DNA of 62,106 bases, filler included, from Choristocarpus tenellus KU-1152 (Eukaryota > Protista > Phaeophyceae), in assembly GCA_964200185.2 (NCBI GenBank). It is 14 parts of 14 records of this genome, joined end to end, with 100 filler letters (N's around TTAATTAATTAA, not from the genome) between each part and the next. Parts side by side here need not be neighbours in the genome. Positions count along the whole stretch, not along the records: positions 23,201 to 28,819 come from CAXNAD020010231.1; positions 28,920 to 32,226 come from CAXNAD020020899.1; positions 32,327 to 35,052 come from CAXNAD020025279.1; positions 35,153 to 37,671 come from CAXNAD020027135.1; positions 37,772 to 44,462 come from CAXNAD020007555.1; 9 more parts are not named here. One strand, 5' to 3'. Position numbers and translations under genes: made by a program. The notes under the pieces are model-generated. The model did not search any database. It was not told where the DNA came from and saw nothing but the letters and a program-made list of their open reading frames with translations. Below are positions 25,043 to 38,100 of the stretch, in pieces (positions within the stretch are counted from its first letter, which is position 1; each line of letters begins with the position of its first letter).

Positions 25043-28000
25043 GCATCTGTAGCAACTACCCCGTCCTATTAATTGTACTCAATGTGTACTTCGGCGAGAT
25101 CATGGAGTATGTGCCATCTACTTCGAAGCTCACATTATCATTGTATACAAATAGAACCGTTTCAACGTATAAACCTTCCGCATCCATTTCTGCTGGTAGG
25201 GAAAAGGACTGGAGGAGACTGGCTATTGCTCGCAGTACCCAGATCGTTCGCTAACCGTCTTCTTCCAATATGGGTGAAAGGGTCTCTTCATTCCATTTGT
25301 TGCGTAGAACCTCAACCATGCAATAACTTCACCGTGGAAAGATTTGGACCTCTTACCACTCAGGCAGTGCAATTTCTAGGCGTTTGCACGGTGGGTATTG
25401 TTAGAAGGCAGGGGGTTTTCCGAAGTTTCAACAAACATTACTTTTTTGGTTTGATTCCACATTATAGTTATACATCTGGCAGAAGGGTACCACGCCGTGA
25501 GGATACACGGCCATACTGTAGTAATTGCCCCGTCAAACGGTAGTCCCTGGAGTAGCAACCCTCAGGTGAAACCTGATCAGGTCTAACAGGTTGCGAACCC
25601 CGAATTTAATTTTTGTCGAAGTTTTAGTAACCCCTCAAGTTACAGAGAAAACAATCAGAAGCGAGAAAGTAGCGAGCAACTGACTAATCTCTCAGTAGCT
25701 CAGGGAATTAAAAACGTTTCAACACACGCTGTGTCAATAATGAACAGTTGATTCTGTCAAGATGTAACATGTGATTCAGGCTGAAAGAACCAGGTCAATG
25801 GGCCAGGGTGGGTCTGATAGACTCCTGGCATCCTTCTCTCAATTCTAGACAAATTTTACATAATAGTCAAAACACGAGATAGACACGGTGCCAAATACAG
25901 AACCATTCAAAGCATCCCAAAAAGGTGTGCAATATCTGTTTCAAATGTCAAATATGCAACAAGTGACTTGATGAGCAACACTTGCGGTGATATACAAAGT
26001 AACAGTCACGCTACCAATAGAAGCGTCCCAAAATAGTTTTTTTTTTGTCATGCGTCAAACATGCCCAGAATAAGAAACGTTACTCGAAGAGGAACATTAG
26101 CATGACTCTGACGGGATCAGACCTGTTGTCCAAAGTTTAAATCAAATGAAAAGGAAGTACGCATCACCAGCAGCAGGGACCAACAAGATTCAAAACGATT
26201 TCCTGTCTGTTCTTCAGCTTTGCCCAGGATACCGACAGGTGACTGAACCAGCAACGATAGCAGCACAGAAATAAGGGCTGCGCCAGTTACAACACTTTTT
26301 TAATTATCCAGCACCGTTTTCTGTTTGTTTCATCCGTCAGATCTGCACAGTATAACAATTTATAACTTGAGTCGCAACATCTGATGCAATGCACATATTT
26401 GAATAGTGCCAGGTTCCAAAAAGTTGGAAGAACCCGAAACCGTTTTTTTCTGTTTCATCTATCATAATTAAAATAATAAAGTATTTGAGCAGTAACCTTT
26501 GGCACTGTTCACAAGGTGGTTTCAAAACTGGTTTCTTCTGTCGGTTTCACATGTCTCAAAAATATTTTAGTTTATTCGGTATGAAAAGTGATTTCGCTTC
26601 ATATTTTATTTTTGTATCTAACATAAAATCATATGATCCATCTACAATAATATCAGGGAATGAATCTTAGTGGGGCAATAACTCAGATTGAAGATCATTT
26701 CTCCATACATACATGTTGCTTCCATGAAAAAGGATCTCCCCAACAATTTATTATTGTCAGAATCTACCATATAACTGGAGGATTACAGCGATGTGTTGAG
26801 AACAGGTAAGTTATGTTTGTGCTTCCTCCGTTCGGAATTAAACGTAACGAACCTATTGCAACCCCCGTTCTCGCCTGGTACAACGACCCACGTGATAAAC
26901 CCTCTGTACAAGGCTTAGTTCTCATATAGATTGGGAGGCGTGCAAAGTTCGAGATAGTGGACTGTCATGACTGTGGAAGATCACCAGTGCAAAGTTGACC
27001 AAGTCGCATTTGATGGGATTCAAAAACCTCGTAAAACTGGCTAGGTGGGTGTTTATTGGGATGCCTAGGACGAAGCCCCCCCGTCGTTCGAGCGACTCAT
27101 TTGTCCCGTTGTCGCGCCTGTCGGTCCCAATTCTTCAACCCAGAAGTATATCTGGGGTTAGAACTTAAACACCCTGACGAAGAACAGTATTGCCTGGAGA
27201 CGAGAGGGATCCAAGGATGACAAATCTTCAAAGTTCCCCATCTTAGCAAGGAAAATGATGAGAAGGCGCAGGCAAGCTTCCCCCAAATGAATGGCTGGTG
27301 GATGCGATGAAGTAGTATACTGGAAAGGAGTTTTGGAGGGCTTCAGGGGCAGAATCATAGATAGGTGTAGGCTGCTCCATTCTGCTTGAGATTTTGGTGG
27401 GCGACCTTTTAGTGTCTGCACAATACACCCATAAAGCATGATCATGTGAAAAACAATCTTGCTCCTTCATTAGGGCTGAAAAAGGTATGTCACAGTTAAT
27501 TCCGAACGGAAGAATTACTGGTTTTTGTTTCATCCAACTACAAAGATGTAACCGGATTTGTAATCTGCCCATTTCTCGTTCTTTTTTAGAATTTTCAGAA
27601 ACTGGGTACGCTCTCAATTAGTGGTTATCTGTTGACTCGATTGTTTTTTATTTTTTGTAAGGTCTCTTATTCTGCACCAAATAAATATGCTAGTGCTTAA
27701 TACATTGTGCTCTTCTTGGACATTTTGTAAATGTTTAAGGGAAAACCAAAACTACGTTACAAGGAACTACTTGGTGTAAATACAATGCCTGTTTTCGTCA
27801 ATGTGAAGACATTTCTATGAAAAATATGACTAATTGAACAACTAGCAACACAACAATACCCCTTGAACGCAAATTCATTAACTACATACGAAGTATTGTG
27901 TACACTGCTATATGCTCCAAACCAAGGTTAGCCCATTGAATGTGAGCGAAAACCTACGGAAGCACTCCAAGAATCTATTAGGCTCCCCCTTACCCTCCTG

Positions 28001-28537
28001 CCTGGTGTCTCTAGTTTGAAACGCATGACACGCCTCAAGAGAATCACTTGTGCAGTAACGGATACAAATTGTCTCAAACGGGATTTGACAGGCCTTCTCT
28101 TGCGATAACCCCCAAGTCCTCTCCTCCGCCCTACTAAATTGCATTATATTGCATGGGTGGCTAACTCATTCAGGAAACTCTCTCGTTGGTTACCAATGCA
28201 CCCAAAACTTCCAACCCCCCAAAAGGTGTTGAGATCAAGATAGTTCCTACAAAGTGTCGACAGGATCCAGATGTGTTTCGCATAGTTTGTGTGGAACACC
28301 AACAACTGTATTTTTAATACGATATATCGAAAAGGTATTTAGTTTCTTGATACTTATTATAGCAAAATAATGTGACAACTACTGTTGTTTTGGGAGTAAC
28401 TCCCTCTCTATATCGATACTACAACTACTTGAAGCAACTACTTCAGGTTGTTCAAGACAGGAAGTAGTAGTTGTGGTGGAGGTAGTAGTAGTAGTTGATA
28501 TAACCATACATGTACATGTTGAGTTGAAAGAATAGAG

Positions 28538-28819
28538 ATGAGAAGTCAAGAGGGTCGGCGCTTGATCTGCAAGCATCGTATCAGATGGCGATGGTTTTGT
28601 CTGGTCCTCTTGCTGCGTACAATGACAGGCGTGGTCGCCAAAGGAAGAAAGCCCTTCCACGAGGATGGGGTGTCGAACAGGAATGCTGTGCAGAGGGTCA
28701 ATGGACAGAAAGCGCCCAAGGAAGCACAACGAGGTGTACTGGGATATTCAGAGTGCCCTCGAGATGAGGATAAAGTCAACAGGACCGCCGAAGATGATGA
28801 AACTAACGAGGGAGAGGGG
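28538..28819 (+). CDS. Possible first exon of an unknown protein with an N-terminal hydrophobic segment
   Basis: ATG-initiated frame open to the contig end; basic N-terminus, then WFCLVLLLRTMTGVVA, then charged sequence. Confidence 0.3.
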
Positions 28820-29953
28820 NNNNNNNNNNNNNNNNNNNNNNNNNNNNNNNNNNNNNNNNNNNNTTAATTAATTAANNNNNNNNNNNNNNNNNNNNNNNNN
28901 NNNNNNNNNNNNNNNNNNNCCCCCCCCAGATACTTTGACCCATTTGAAGTAATAAATCGACATAGGAGATAACTCCCTGTTTATCCCTTCCTGGTCACTA
29001 CAACTTTAAGTTCAGTCGACCCCAAGGGAAGTGCGCAAAAGTGGACCTTGATGTTTTTGTGTAGAATACGATATGAATTGCAGCAATATGTAAGCGATGT
29101 CAAGATTTTGCCTGTCCATGTGTGGGAATAAGATTCGAAATGTGCAGATTGAGTTGATTTCAAGTTGGGATTTATTGTTGGACTGATTTGATTCTCACTA
29201 CATAGTCAGAGCAGGGGAGTGTGTCAAGATTATGCTTGACCTTTGTGAGAAGAATATGATTTGAAGTATTATTTTATGTACCCACAGACGATAATGCGGG
29301 ATATTAGGGATATTTAAGTGGGGTATTTGACCAGAAGTAATCGGTGAACTGTTAAGAGTCGGAGAGTTTCTGACGTGTACTAGAGAAATGTCGAGTCATT
29401 TGGTATTCTGGGTCATTTAATGCAAAGATTGGTGAGCCCCACCTAGTGATGGTATCTCACTCTCTTCTCAACTGTGATACAAGCTAATAAACAATAATAT
29501 AACTGGTTGTGTGGGACAACAGATCGTCAAGGACAGCTTAACAAGCGAAAATATTCGGGATGATAGCTCATATCTTAACGGGTCATTTGTTGACAATTAA
29601 TTACAGGTTGAAATTCACATGTTCGAGGTGTTTTCTGTATCGTGGGGGTTTTAAGTGACTTTCTTTTTGGTTATTCATTCTAGAAACAACAGATGGCAAA
29701 CGAACCCCCACCATGTATAATAATATCAATATTCTCTTTTCAACCATTTCATCACGTTGAGCAAAGGGGACTTATGTAAGGCTCACATATCTTTTCTTGT
29801 CTTCCTCCATACTCACACAAATAGCAATCTAAATCTGCACTGCTATGTTAAACTTGAATTGTTCCAGAAGAGGTGATGGGTCTCAAATCCAAATATTTAT
29901 TCAACTCTTCACTCTCTGGCCTTAGCAATATCTTATTTGACCACCTTTCCCAA

Positions 29954-30607
29954 TCATCGGCCAACCCTAACTCTGGTGCACCAGGGCCCTAAGCCGCTAA
30001 GTTGAAATCTTGTTGCAAGGCGTCTCAGTGTCTCACGGAATAGTTCCGGAGACATAATATGAAGTATTGTGCATTTTAGCACAAGTCGCTGGGTCAACCT
30101 CTCAGTCTCTTTTATTCCTGCAAGTTGTGCATTAAATTTTATTCTATCACGTGTCCACCATTGCATTAGATGATCTACTGGAGACAGAACTGAAACTTGG
30201 CCCTCTCCACCAGTGTTTCTAGGGATGAATCCTGTAAAAGTCTTCAATCTACCATCCAGAGAGATTTTTTGCTAACTACTCAGATGCATATCACCCGTCA
30301 TCTCCCATTAATTCTTACGATGCAATCATCTCAAAACATTTTGCCGCGAAAGGAAGTTCTATTTTTGAATACCTCCCCTCAGTACTGCCAGCCTCAGATA
30401 CCCATGTTGTAGCCAAAGTTCTGCCTCTTTGGCCTGCGCCTTTCTCAACGCCTCAACTGTACTAATGTTGACTTCAAAGGTGGCACTGTTTCGGGCCGGT
30501 TCCCCCCTGACCTTCCACTGAAATTTTAGTCTCTCTAAACCTGCCGCTTGACATCTGTTGAGGTGTCCCGACGCCTGTGAGCTTTCCGTTGATGTGTTTA
30601 CTAACAT
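29954..30607 (-). pseudogene. Decayed ORF, possibly retrotransposon gag-like
   Basis: Two ORF fragments in one frame separated by stops; KTFTG...PVDHLMQW...AGIKETERL loosely resembles gag capsid sequence. Confidence 0.3.
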
Positions 30608-31598
30608 TTTTGGATCCTCCCTTAGCCCCCTCTATGACCAGGAGCCTTCCTCTCATATTGAGAGTCATATTTGCATTCTCTCTGTCACTCTCCCAACCGT
30701 GTTATTGGTCCCTGCCCTTTCACGTCAATCTCCGCCCGCTCTAGTGCTCTCTCCTGCATGTACCGTTATTTCACTTCCTAATCCGTCTCCATCAAATTTG
30801 AACTAACAAATTAATTCAACACCAGGACTATTAATTCTCTTATTTTCTTTCTTCAGGCCTCCCTTGAACGTTTTTTCCCTTCCCCAGCTGCCATCAATCT
30901 CTACGCTGTTGACCTAATCGCTATATCGTACTCCACAATCTATTTCATCAACTCTTTTTCTTTACCTTGAAAATAAAGATATATTCTTCAATTTCCAAGG
31001 AACTTTCTTCCACTCAAAAACACTAATTTCCCAAAGAGAAACACTGTTTTTGTTTTGCTCACAAAATAGGATTACTACTAGTCTCTAGTTGCCCCGACCA
31101 GAGACCGAGCTTGCTTCAAACGGTTTGACCCTGTGCTCACCAAAGCTGCTCCCACCCCTTGGGCAACAGCCCTCACACGGATGCTCTCCTCTTGGGAAAC
31201 AGTATCCCCCGCCCAATCACTTCCTTGGGGATCTTTTGCAGGAGCTCCCTAAGCATCCAACCTGCCCACATTTATGTCCCTTTCTATCGCCTACTCCCCA
31301 AATCAAACCCCTTGCAACGCATTTGAAACTCATTTTGAGTCACCCAGAGCATATTTCACATACACCATAAATGCCTCCAACTTCCACCTTCCCACTTTTT
31401 TTCATCTCAATGGGAGTCAACCCCAACCACTCCCATGCTCCCAGAATGCAATGCAAATTCTTGTGATTCTACCTCTGTAACACGAATTTTCAACACTCCT
31501 CTTAGCCTTCTTTTGCTTATTTCCTAATTATTGCTCACAGCTTGCTAACCCCTCTCTTATGCACTCTTAATGGAGGAGTTTTGCCAGGGAAAATGAGT

Positions 31599-31847
31599 GA
31601 AAGTATCTGAGAGGGTACGAGTTTTGCCCTGTTTGTCCATTTGGGGCTTGGCGTCCCTTAGGGTTTTTATGACATTTTCGTAGTCCAAAATATTTCGGAG
31701 TAGGTATAATGTTAATGTTAGGAAAGGTGTGTTTGGAACAAGCATGTTGACACTTCCTAACAAACACGATAGCCAAATTTACATTGAAATCGCAACACTG
31801 GATTTTGGCCCCCAAATGGACGTGGCTCTACCCTCTAAGATAGTTTG
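31599..31847. mobile_element. MITE family A, full-length copy in opposite orientation to 12475-12722
   Basis: Ends GAAAGTATCTGAGAGGGTA...TACCCTCTAAGATAGTTTG with internal homology throughout. Confidence 0.88.
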
Positions 31848-32326
31848 GCTCAAAATATCCTAGTGGTCTTAAGTAAGAATTCCTTAAGGATCACGAACCA
31901 ACTACCATCCCTTCAGACACAACATCTTACTATTGTCCTAATTTTCCATAGATTAACCAATGCCCACCACCACTATTCCACGTCTCCCTGAAATTGTTTG
32001 CTCAATTTCACAACCTCTGCTCCGTGCACTTTGTCCCTACCAGTTTTTTCATGAAACCCTGTGTCAACAAAGGAGTCTTAAAACGAAGTATCTTCCAACC
32101 CATAGTATATAACAGCCTCTCACCGAAATTGAGGGTGGAGCATACTATGGAGGATGGGTTTGAACCAAAATGGTGCGTGGAAAGTGCCCATATGTTTTTT
32201 TTTTATGTTGTGGCAATTTTTAAGGGNNNNNNNNNNNNNNNNNNNNNNNNNNNNNNNNNNNNNNNNNNNNTTAATTAATTAANNNNNNNNNNNNNNNNNN
32301 NNNNNNNNNNNNNNNNNNNNNNNNNN

Positions 32327-35052
32327 GCTCAGCAAGAGTTCCACAAAAGGAAGCCCCTTTCCGTGCAGCCCCACCACAAGCTCCATCTCTGCCTGAGCAA
32401 AAGTCACCAGGGTATTGCACATTTTTGCGCATGCACCCTCGTCCTCTGTCTGAGCACATCTCATCAGCGCAAGGTTTAATACTATTGTATCAGGCGTGAT
32501 GTCAATAAAGAGGGCGAGTGGGAAGGTGGGGGTTGGGGGGGGGGGAGCTACATCTTTGCTTTCCTTGCTCAGCCTTACGCCGGGGTGAGTGGGGACGGAA
32601 AACACCCCAAACGCAAATCGTCTTTGTCTCTTAGATGGACAATTCAAGGCAGGCAAGGAACAAAAACTAGGTTCACAGCAGGACATGACTCAGGACAAAA
32701 GACATCGCAGAGGCACAGGAAGTGTGAGCATTTATCATGCTTCCCAAGGAATCTATGGGCTGCCAAATACTGAGGGGGATGTATTCGATCGACTGAGAGG
32801 GACGGACTCAAGGCGCGAGAAAACTGGTTTGTGACCCACAGAATAGAAATGCAACAGGACCCTAGTACAGAGCTAGTAAAAAAGAGCTACCAGTCTACTC
32901 ATTTCCCCCTTTAAGCATCGATTCTAATAGGAATGACAAACTTGACCAAGTATCTATCTCACTCTCCAAAGACTTCACACAAAGATCAGCCCCTCGCACA
33001 CCCCCCAAACAGCATCAAGCTCTGAGAGTGGTGCCATTTTATCAACCCTATTTGATGCTTGTGCAGGCTGAACATATGTTCAAGGGATAAAGCATTGACA
33101 CTCTCTTTACAACTCCCCGTAGACACAGAACCCCTCTTTCATTTTCACGGGCCCGATCAATATGAAAATCCAAAAAATATGCGCATGTCCAACCCTGAGC
33201 ACCTCTCTAACCTGCTTCCCCTCAGCGTTCTCTCAAGCATTACAATGGATTGCACCATTTTCATACTCTGCTCTGTTTCTCCCCCACTGACTGCACCATT
33301 CACCCCAGCAAATGCCAACAACAAACACCAATCACACCTGAATTGCCGCTGCAAAAAGCCCTGGCATCCTGCCCATTGCTTCCAGGAGAGCCTCTGCTGC
33401 CGCTGGCCTTGCCGCTGGTCGAGGGAACTCCCTCACACCCACAAGCTCTGCCACTACCTCACACGCCTTGCAAGCCTTGGGAAGTGCTGCCACTGCTGCT
33501 GCCACCCCATCACCCTGGCCAACACCCTCCCCTGCCATAAGCTTTACAAGCAGCGCTAGCAATACAGCTCGGTCAGTTGCTAGAGCCCCCAGCGACACCC
33601 CAAGCTTCACCCACTCCTGCAAGCAGTCCAACGCAGCTAGGGCAACCTCTTCACCCCAAGGGCCTCCAGCAGCACCACCACCTCCGTTCTGTGTACCCAC
33701 CCCAAGGGGTTGCCCACAGGCTGTTGTCATCACCGATTCCAATGCTTGTAGTATGGAGGATGTACACTGCCGAATCCTGTCTTGGAGTTCTAGGCGGCGG
33801 GCCCGTGAGAGGTCTGCCCCTTCTACCTGAGAGTATTAGCCCCGACACAATTGGGTTCATGCCATTGATGCTTGTGTTTCTCAATTCAGAGTCTAAATGA
33901 AGAGGTGACGTGTGCTCCATTGTGTCACACATTCAGAAATGCACATGAAACGTATCTCCAGAGAGCTTGCGTTGTGTAAGGGCTAATACAGGCATCTACA
34001 TTTGGCCCTCAATGACCCTTGTGAACAGCCTCACCTTGGGCATGAAAGACTAAAGAACCGCACAGAGGAACCAACTCCAGAACACACACATGAATGTACC
34101 TTTGACACCTCCAGCTGCCAAACCTACACCATGAGCTCAAAAAAAAACGAGGATGCCTAACATTGTTCTTACAACAATGTTGAGTTGAGTGCTGCTGAGA
34201 AGGGCACCTCAGGGGGACTAAATAGAACCCAGAAGTTTACCTACCAAAGAAAAAAATATCATCCTCTCCCCCGCCCCCATCTAACATTCCTCACCACTCT
34301 TTCTCTTAACTTGCAACGCACAAATGTCTTTGCCAACCCACCTCTTGAGGGAGAAGTTTTAGCATTTCCAGTGTTAGAGAAACTGCTGATGCTGCCTGAA
34401 CCCCACCTGCTGCTGGGCCAATGCCAGGTGTGAACCCAGCTCCCTACTTTGCATACACCCCAACCCCCCCCGCCGGACCAAGAATGTATAGCATCACAGG
34501 GAATAAATATTTGAGGACCAGACAGGAATATAATAATCAATATGAAAGGGATGGTGCATTCCCTGTTGTATGGACCACCTGGGCCTGTGAAGTTTGTGTG
34601 AGTGTTGTATAAGGAGGTCTAAGTATGATGTGAGGAAGCTCAACAAAACACTTGTGTATTTCCAACACAACTCAGGAAATACAATAAAAATGCGAAGAGT
34701 GGTCTTATCATTGCCTCAGAACGACACCAACACCCAAGAAAGAGAAGGTTTTTTTCATCCCTTAAGACAGCATGAGTTCACATTGCCACACATAGTGCTG
34801 ATCAGATAGCTGGAGAAAAAAAAACATAAAAACCCAGCCAATTTCCATTGAGGAGGCGTTTTCAGAAATGCAGCTACAACAGCAAGAAGTTTTCAATGAC
34901 ATACCTGGCTCAATGCAAAAGCTTCCCTAAGATAAGCCTCCACACCGTCCGGAGCCCGGACTGCCACAGCTGCAAGAGCCAGACACAAGCGATTCATAAC
35001 CACTGGGGCAAATGGAAGTTGGGGGAGTGATGGCGAGGGTGGCTGGGCAGGG
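32327..35052 (-). CDS. Importin-beta family karyopherin, importin-13/transportin-SR (TNPO3)-like, internal fragment
   Basis: Exons 35052-34905, 34443-34342, 33826-33338 and 32449-32327 splice in frame. HEAT/Xpo1-type motifs VMNRLCLALAAVAV, LEMLKLLPQE|V, ALDCLQEWVKLG and EDEGACAKMCNTLVTFA occur in the expected order. Confidence 0.85.
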
Positions 35053-35152
35053 NNNNNNNNNNNNNNNNNNNNNNNNNNNNNNNNNNNNNNNNNNNNTTAA
35101 TTAATTAANNNNNNNNNNNNNNNNNNNNNNNNNNNNNNNNNNNNNNNNNNNN

Positions 35153-35187
<35 letters not shown>

Positions 35188-35386
35188 CGGCGGGGGGGGG
35201 GGGGGGGGGGGTGGTGAGGAAGGTGGGGGTGGTGCCGATGTCTGTGCCGAGGCCTGCTGGAGGGGCGTTCTTGGCTCCAAGGAGTGTTCGTCCTGAGGCA
35301 TCCAGGTGAGGAATGTGGCTATTTGTTGCTGTTTGTTTGTTTGAGGCTTTTAGTGTATGAGGGATGTGTTTGGGATTGTAGGAGTG

Positions 35387-35419
<33 letters not shown>

Positions 35420-36364
35420 GGGAGGTATTGTGCCAGATTTGTGATTCTTTTTTAATTTGTGATGCAGTTGATCGTTGTGACTTTGACCCGTACCTCTTAA
35501 TGTCAAAAAGAGGTATGCATCTACCAAGCAGTCAGCCACCCTCAGAAAATGTTTTTTGAAGCGTGGACGCACTTGTTAAGGTAATAGATACAGTGTCGAG
35601 AGAGGCTGTGTAAGAAGAGGTAAACAACGCTTTTGCTTTGTGGTGATTGCTTTGCATGTGTAGGGAATGGAGGAATAGTTCGTGTCAAGTACCTTCAGCG
35701 CTAAAAGGACAATAATGTGGAGAAAAAAAATGCCTCGCTTTAAAATTGAAAACTGCATGACCCGCTTAAAGTGTTCTTAAAATACCGTAAGTCCAAATGA
35801 GATTTCACTGCCACGTGTGCTTGTGACGTTTTGCGTAACTAGACAAGTTGATGCCATACATGCTTCCTCTCTACATAAACACCCTCTCACTGACCCCAAT
35901 GAGTCTGAGACTGGTACTGATACTGAGACTGATACTGGTATTGATACTGGTACTGGTACTGGTATTGATACTGAGACTGGTACTGATACTTGGTACTGAG
36001 ACTGGTACTGGTACTGATACTTGGTACTGAGACTGAGACTGAGACAGGTATTGATACTGGTACTGATACTGATACTGATACTAACAACCTCTTCTGGTTG
36101 TTCCGCCTCTTGAGAGAAGAAACAATGCAACACTTTTTTTTCTTCAGCTGTCGATGATGTTTTGTCGTCTTGTGTCTGTCATTTAACTGTTTCCTTTTTT
36201 GCTTACATGTGTCTTGTGTTTTGCAATGTAGGAATGTCGGACCTGCTCCATCAGTCCCTAGGCCATCGTCATTTGCTTCCTCGCTGCACCCTGCTGTCCC
36301 TAAGCCCAAACCCAAGGGCAAGGGAAAGGACGGAGGGGGGGGGGGGAGAAGAAGGCAGGAGTGA
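35153..36364 (+). CDS. Possible last two exons of an unknown Pro/Gly-rich protein
   Basis: 35153-35305 (CAG|GTGAGG donor) joins in phase to 36232-36364 (TGTAG acceptor): ...RSVRPEAS-R-NVGPAPSVPRP...; low complexity. Confidence 0.35.
35905..36082. repeat. Degenerate hexamer array (ACTGAT/ACTGGT/ACTGAG/ATTGAT)
   Basis: About 30 hexamer units with two single-T insertions. Confidence 0.92.
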
Positions 36365-38100
36365 ACCAGGAGTACGAGTCTTTCATGAACGAAATGAAGG
36401 GGCTTGGGGCTTTCTGATTGGTGGGGTGGATCTGCTGTGTATTATTATTACTATGATTTTGTGTCTTAAATAGGGTTTCGATCTGTTCAACATGAAGGGA
36501 TGGTATGACTTGAAAAGAAGCAGCTGACGGTATATACGGGGGATTGGTTATACTGTTCACGGTAAAGTACACAATGCCATATGCCACTCCTCTCCTCTTT
36601 AACTGCTGCAGATTTCTTGTTAGAAAAAGAAAGAAAGAAAAAGAGTCTTGTCCGGGTTGGTCGTACGGCTGTCGAACTAAACAGGCCCTATTTAAGATCC
36701 CACAATGAGGTGTTATGGTGGTGTAGTATCTTTCTAGAGAGGAGCTTGAAAGGGGGTATATCCACGATGCAGAACCTTGGGGTGAATGAAGTGGGGTATA
36801 GGAATCTGGTGTGCACGTGGAAGGCTTTTTTGGACGATGTTTCTCTTCAGTCTCTCTCTCTCTCTCTCTCTGTTCGTATGAAGTATGAAAGCAGGTACAT
36901 GTGTGTGCGTGTGTGGGATCTTTTGATGGCAGTGTTATGTGAGGGGTAGAATTCATCACTATATGTTTTTTTCTTTGGTTTTTTCGAGAGGTTCGTTCTG
37001 TCAAAGATTTGTTCCTTCACGCCTTAAAAAAAAAAAAAATGAAAATATTTGTATCTTGAGAGTGCAGTTCATAATAGTTGTCCATTTTGGACATATGATA
37101 TTTTTTAATTTCTGTATATTTTTTTTATTATCAAATGTTTTATTCCTCAAGTGAATCGTCATTGTGTGCCATCGCACGTATGATGTATTGAAATCAGCAT
37201 GTATGACTTCAAAAACACCCCCCCCCACTTCTTACTTAGCAATACTTTTTTATATTTTCACATTAGACCAGAAGGGAAAGATCCACAATAGGTTTTGCTC
37301 ACACCACAAGAGCTTAGGCAGGAAATCTTGAATCAACCGAGATAAGGTTGTAGAGCAATCAATGCCTGTGATCCACTCTGGCACCATGGTGGATTGGTGT
37401 TGATTTACCTCTGAATATCGTGTCAAAGTCATACCTTGATTCTCACCCCTCTTCTCAGTCGTACACACAAACGTCATAAGCAGGTTAGGCAACTCCTGAA
37501 GGAGCCAATATATGTGTGTATGTATGTAGAGTCAAAGATTGAATTGGTTTGGGTGAACACTAAGCTATAAATCAGATAAAACAAGATAGGATCACTGGTG
37601 AAGAGTAAGAGGTGAACTTCTGAAATACAAAAAAAAACAATATCCAGTCATAAAAGGAAGAAAAAACACGANNNNNNNNNNNNNNNNNNNNNNNNNNNNN
37701 NNNNNNNNNNNNNNNTTAATTAATTAANNNNNNNNNNNNNNNNNNNNNNNNNNNNNNNNNNNNNNNNNNNNGGGGGGGGCTACACAGCCATACTCAGGAC
37801 TGGGGAGAGCATCGCATTTTGTGGAAGGTGGATGGGGAGAGGAAAGGGGTCCACAGCTGCAACCAGCACCCCACCCTCACATTGAAGCCACAAGCCAACT
37901 CACCCGAAAAAGAAACGCCTTCTTCCCAACCCATCGCACATTGGAACGCGATATCATTCCCCCACCTCATCCCCCCCCACGTTCCGTCAATGAGACATTT
38001 CTTCCTTTGACCTCAGCTATATCAACAACCATTGCCTCATCATTATGTGTCTGAGTCTCCCACTATTCATGTCTCCTTCAAAAACAACATGAAAACACAC

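Noticed and set aside
27158-27445. hAT dimerisation domain from SKFPILARKM
   Set aside because: A single short motif without the downstream SxxxERxFS pattern.
35153-35215. Poly-G/poly-C tracts as functional G-quadruplexes or poly-Gly/Pro coding
   Set aside because: Most lie at contig ends or next to N gaps, where homopolymer length is unreliable.
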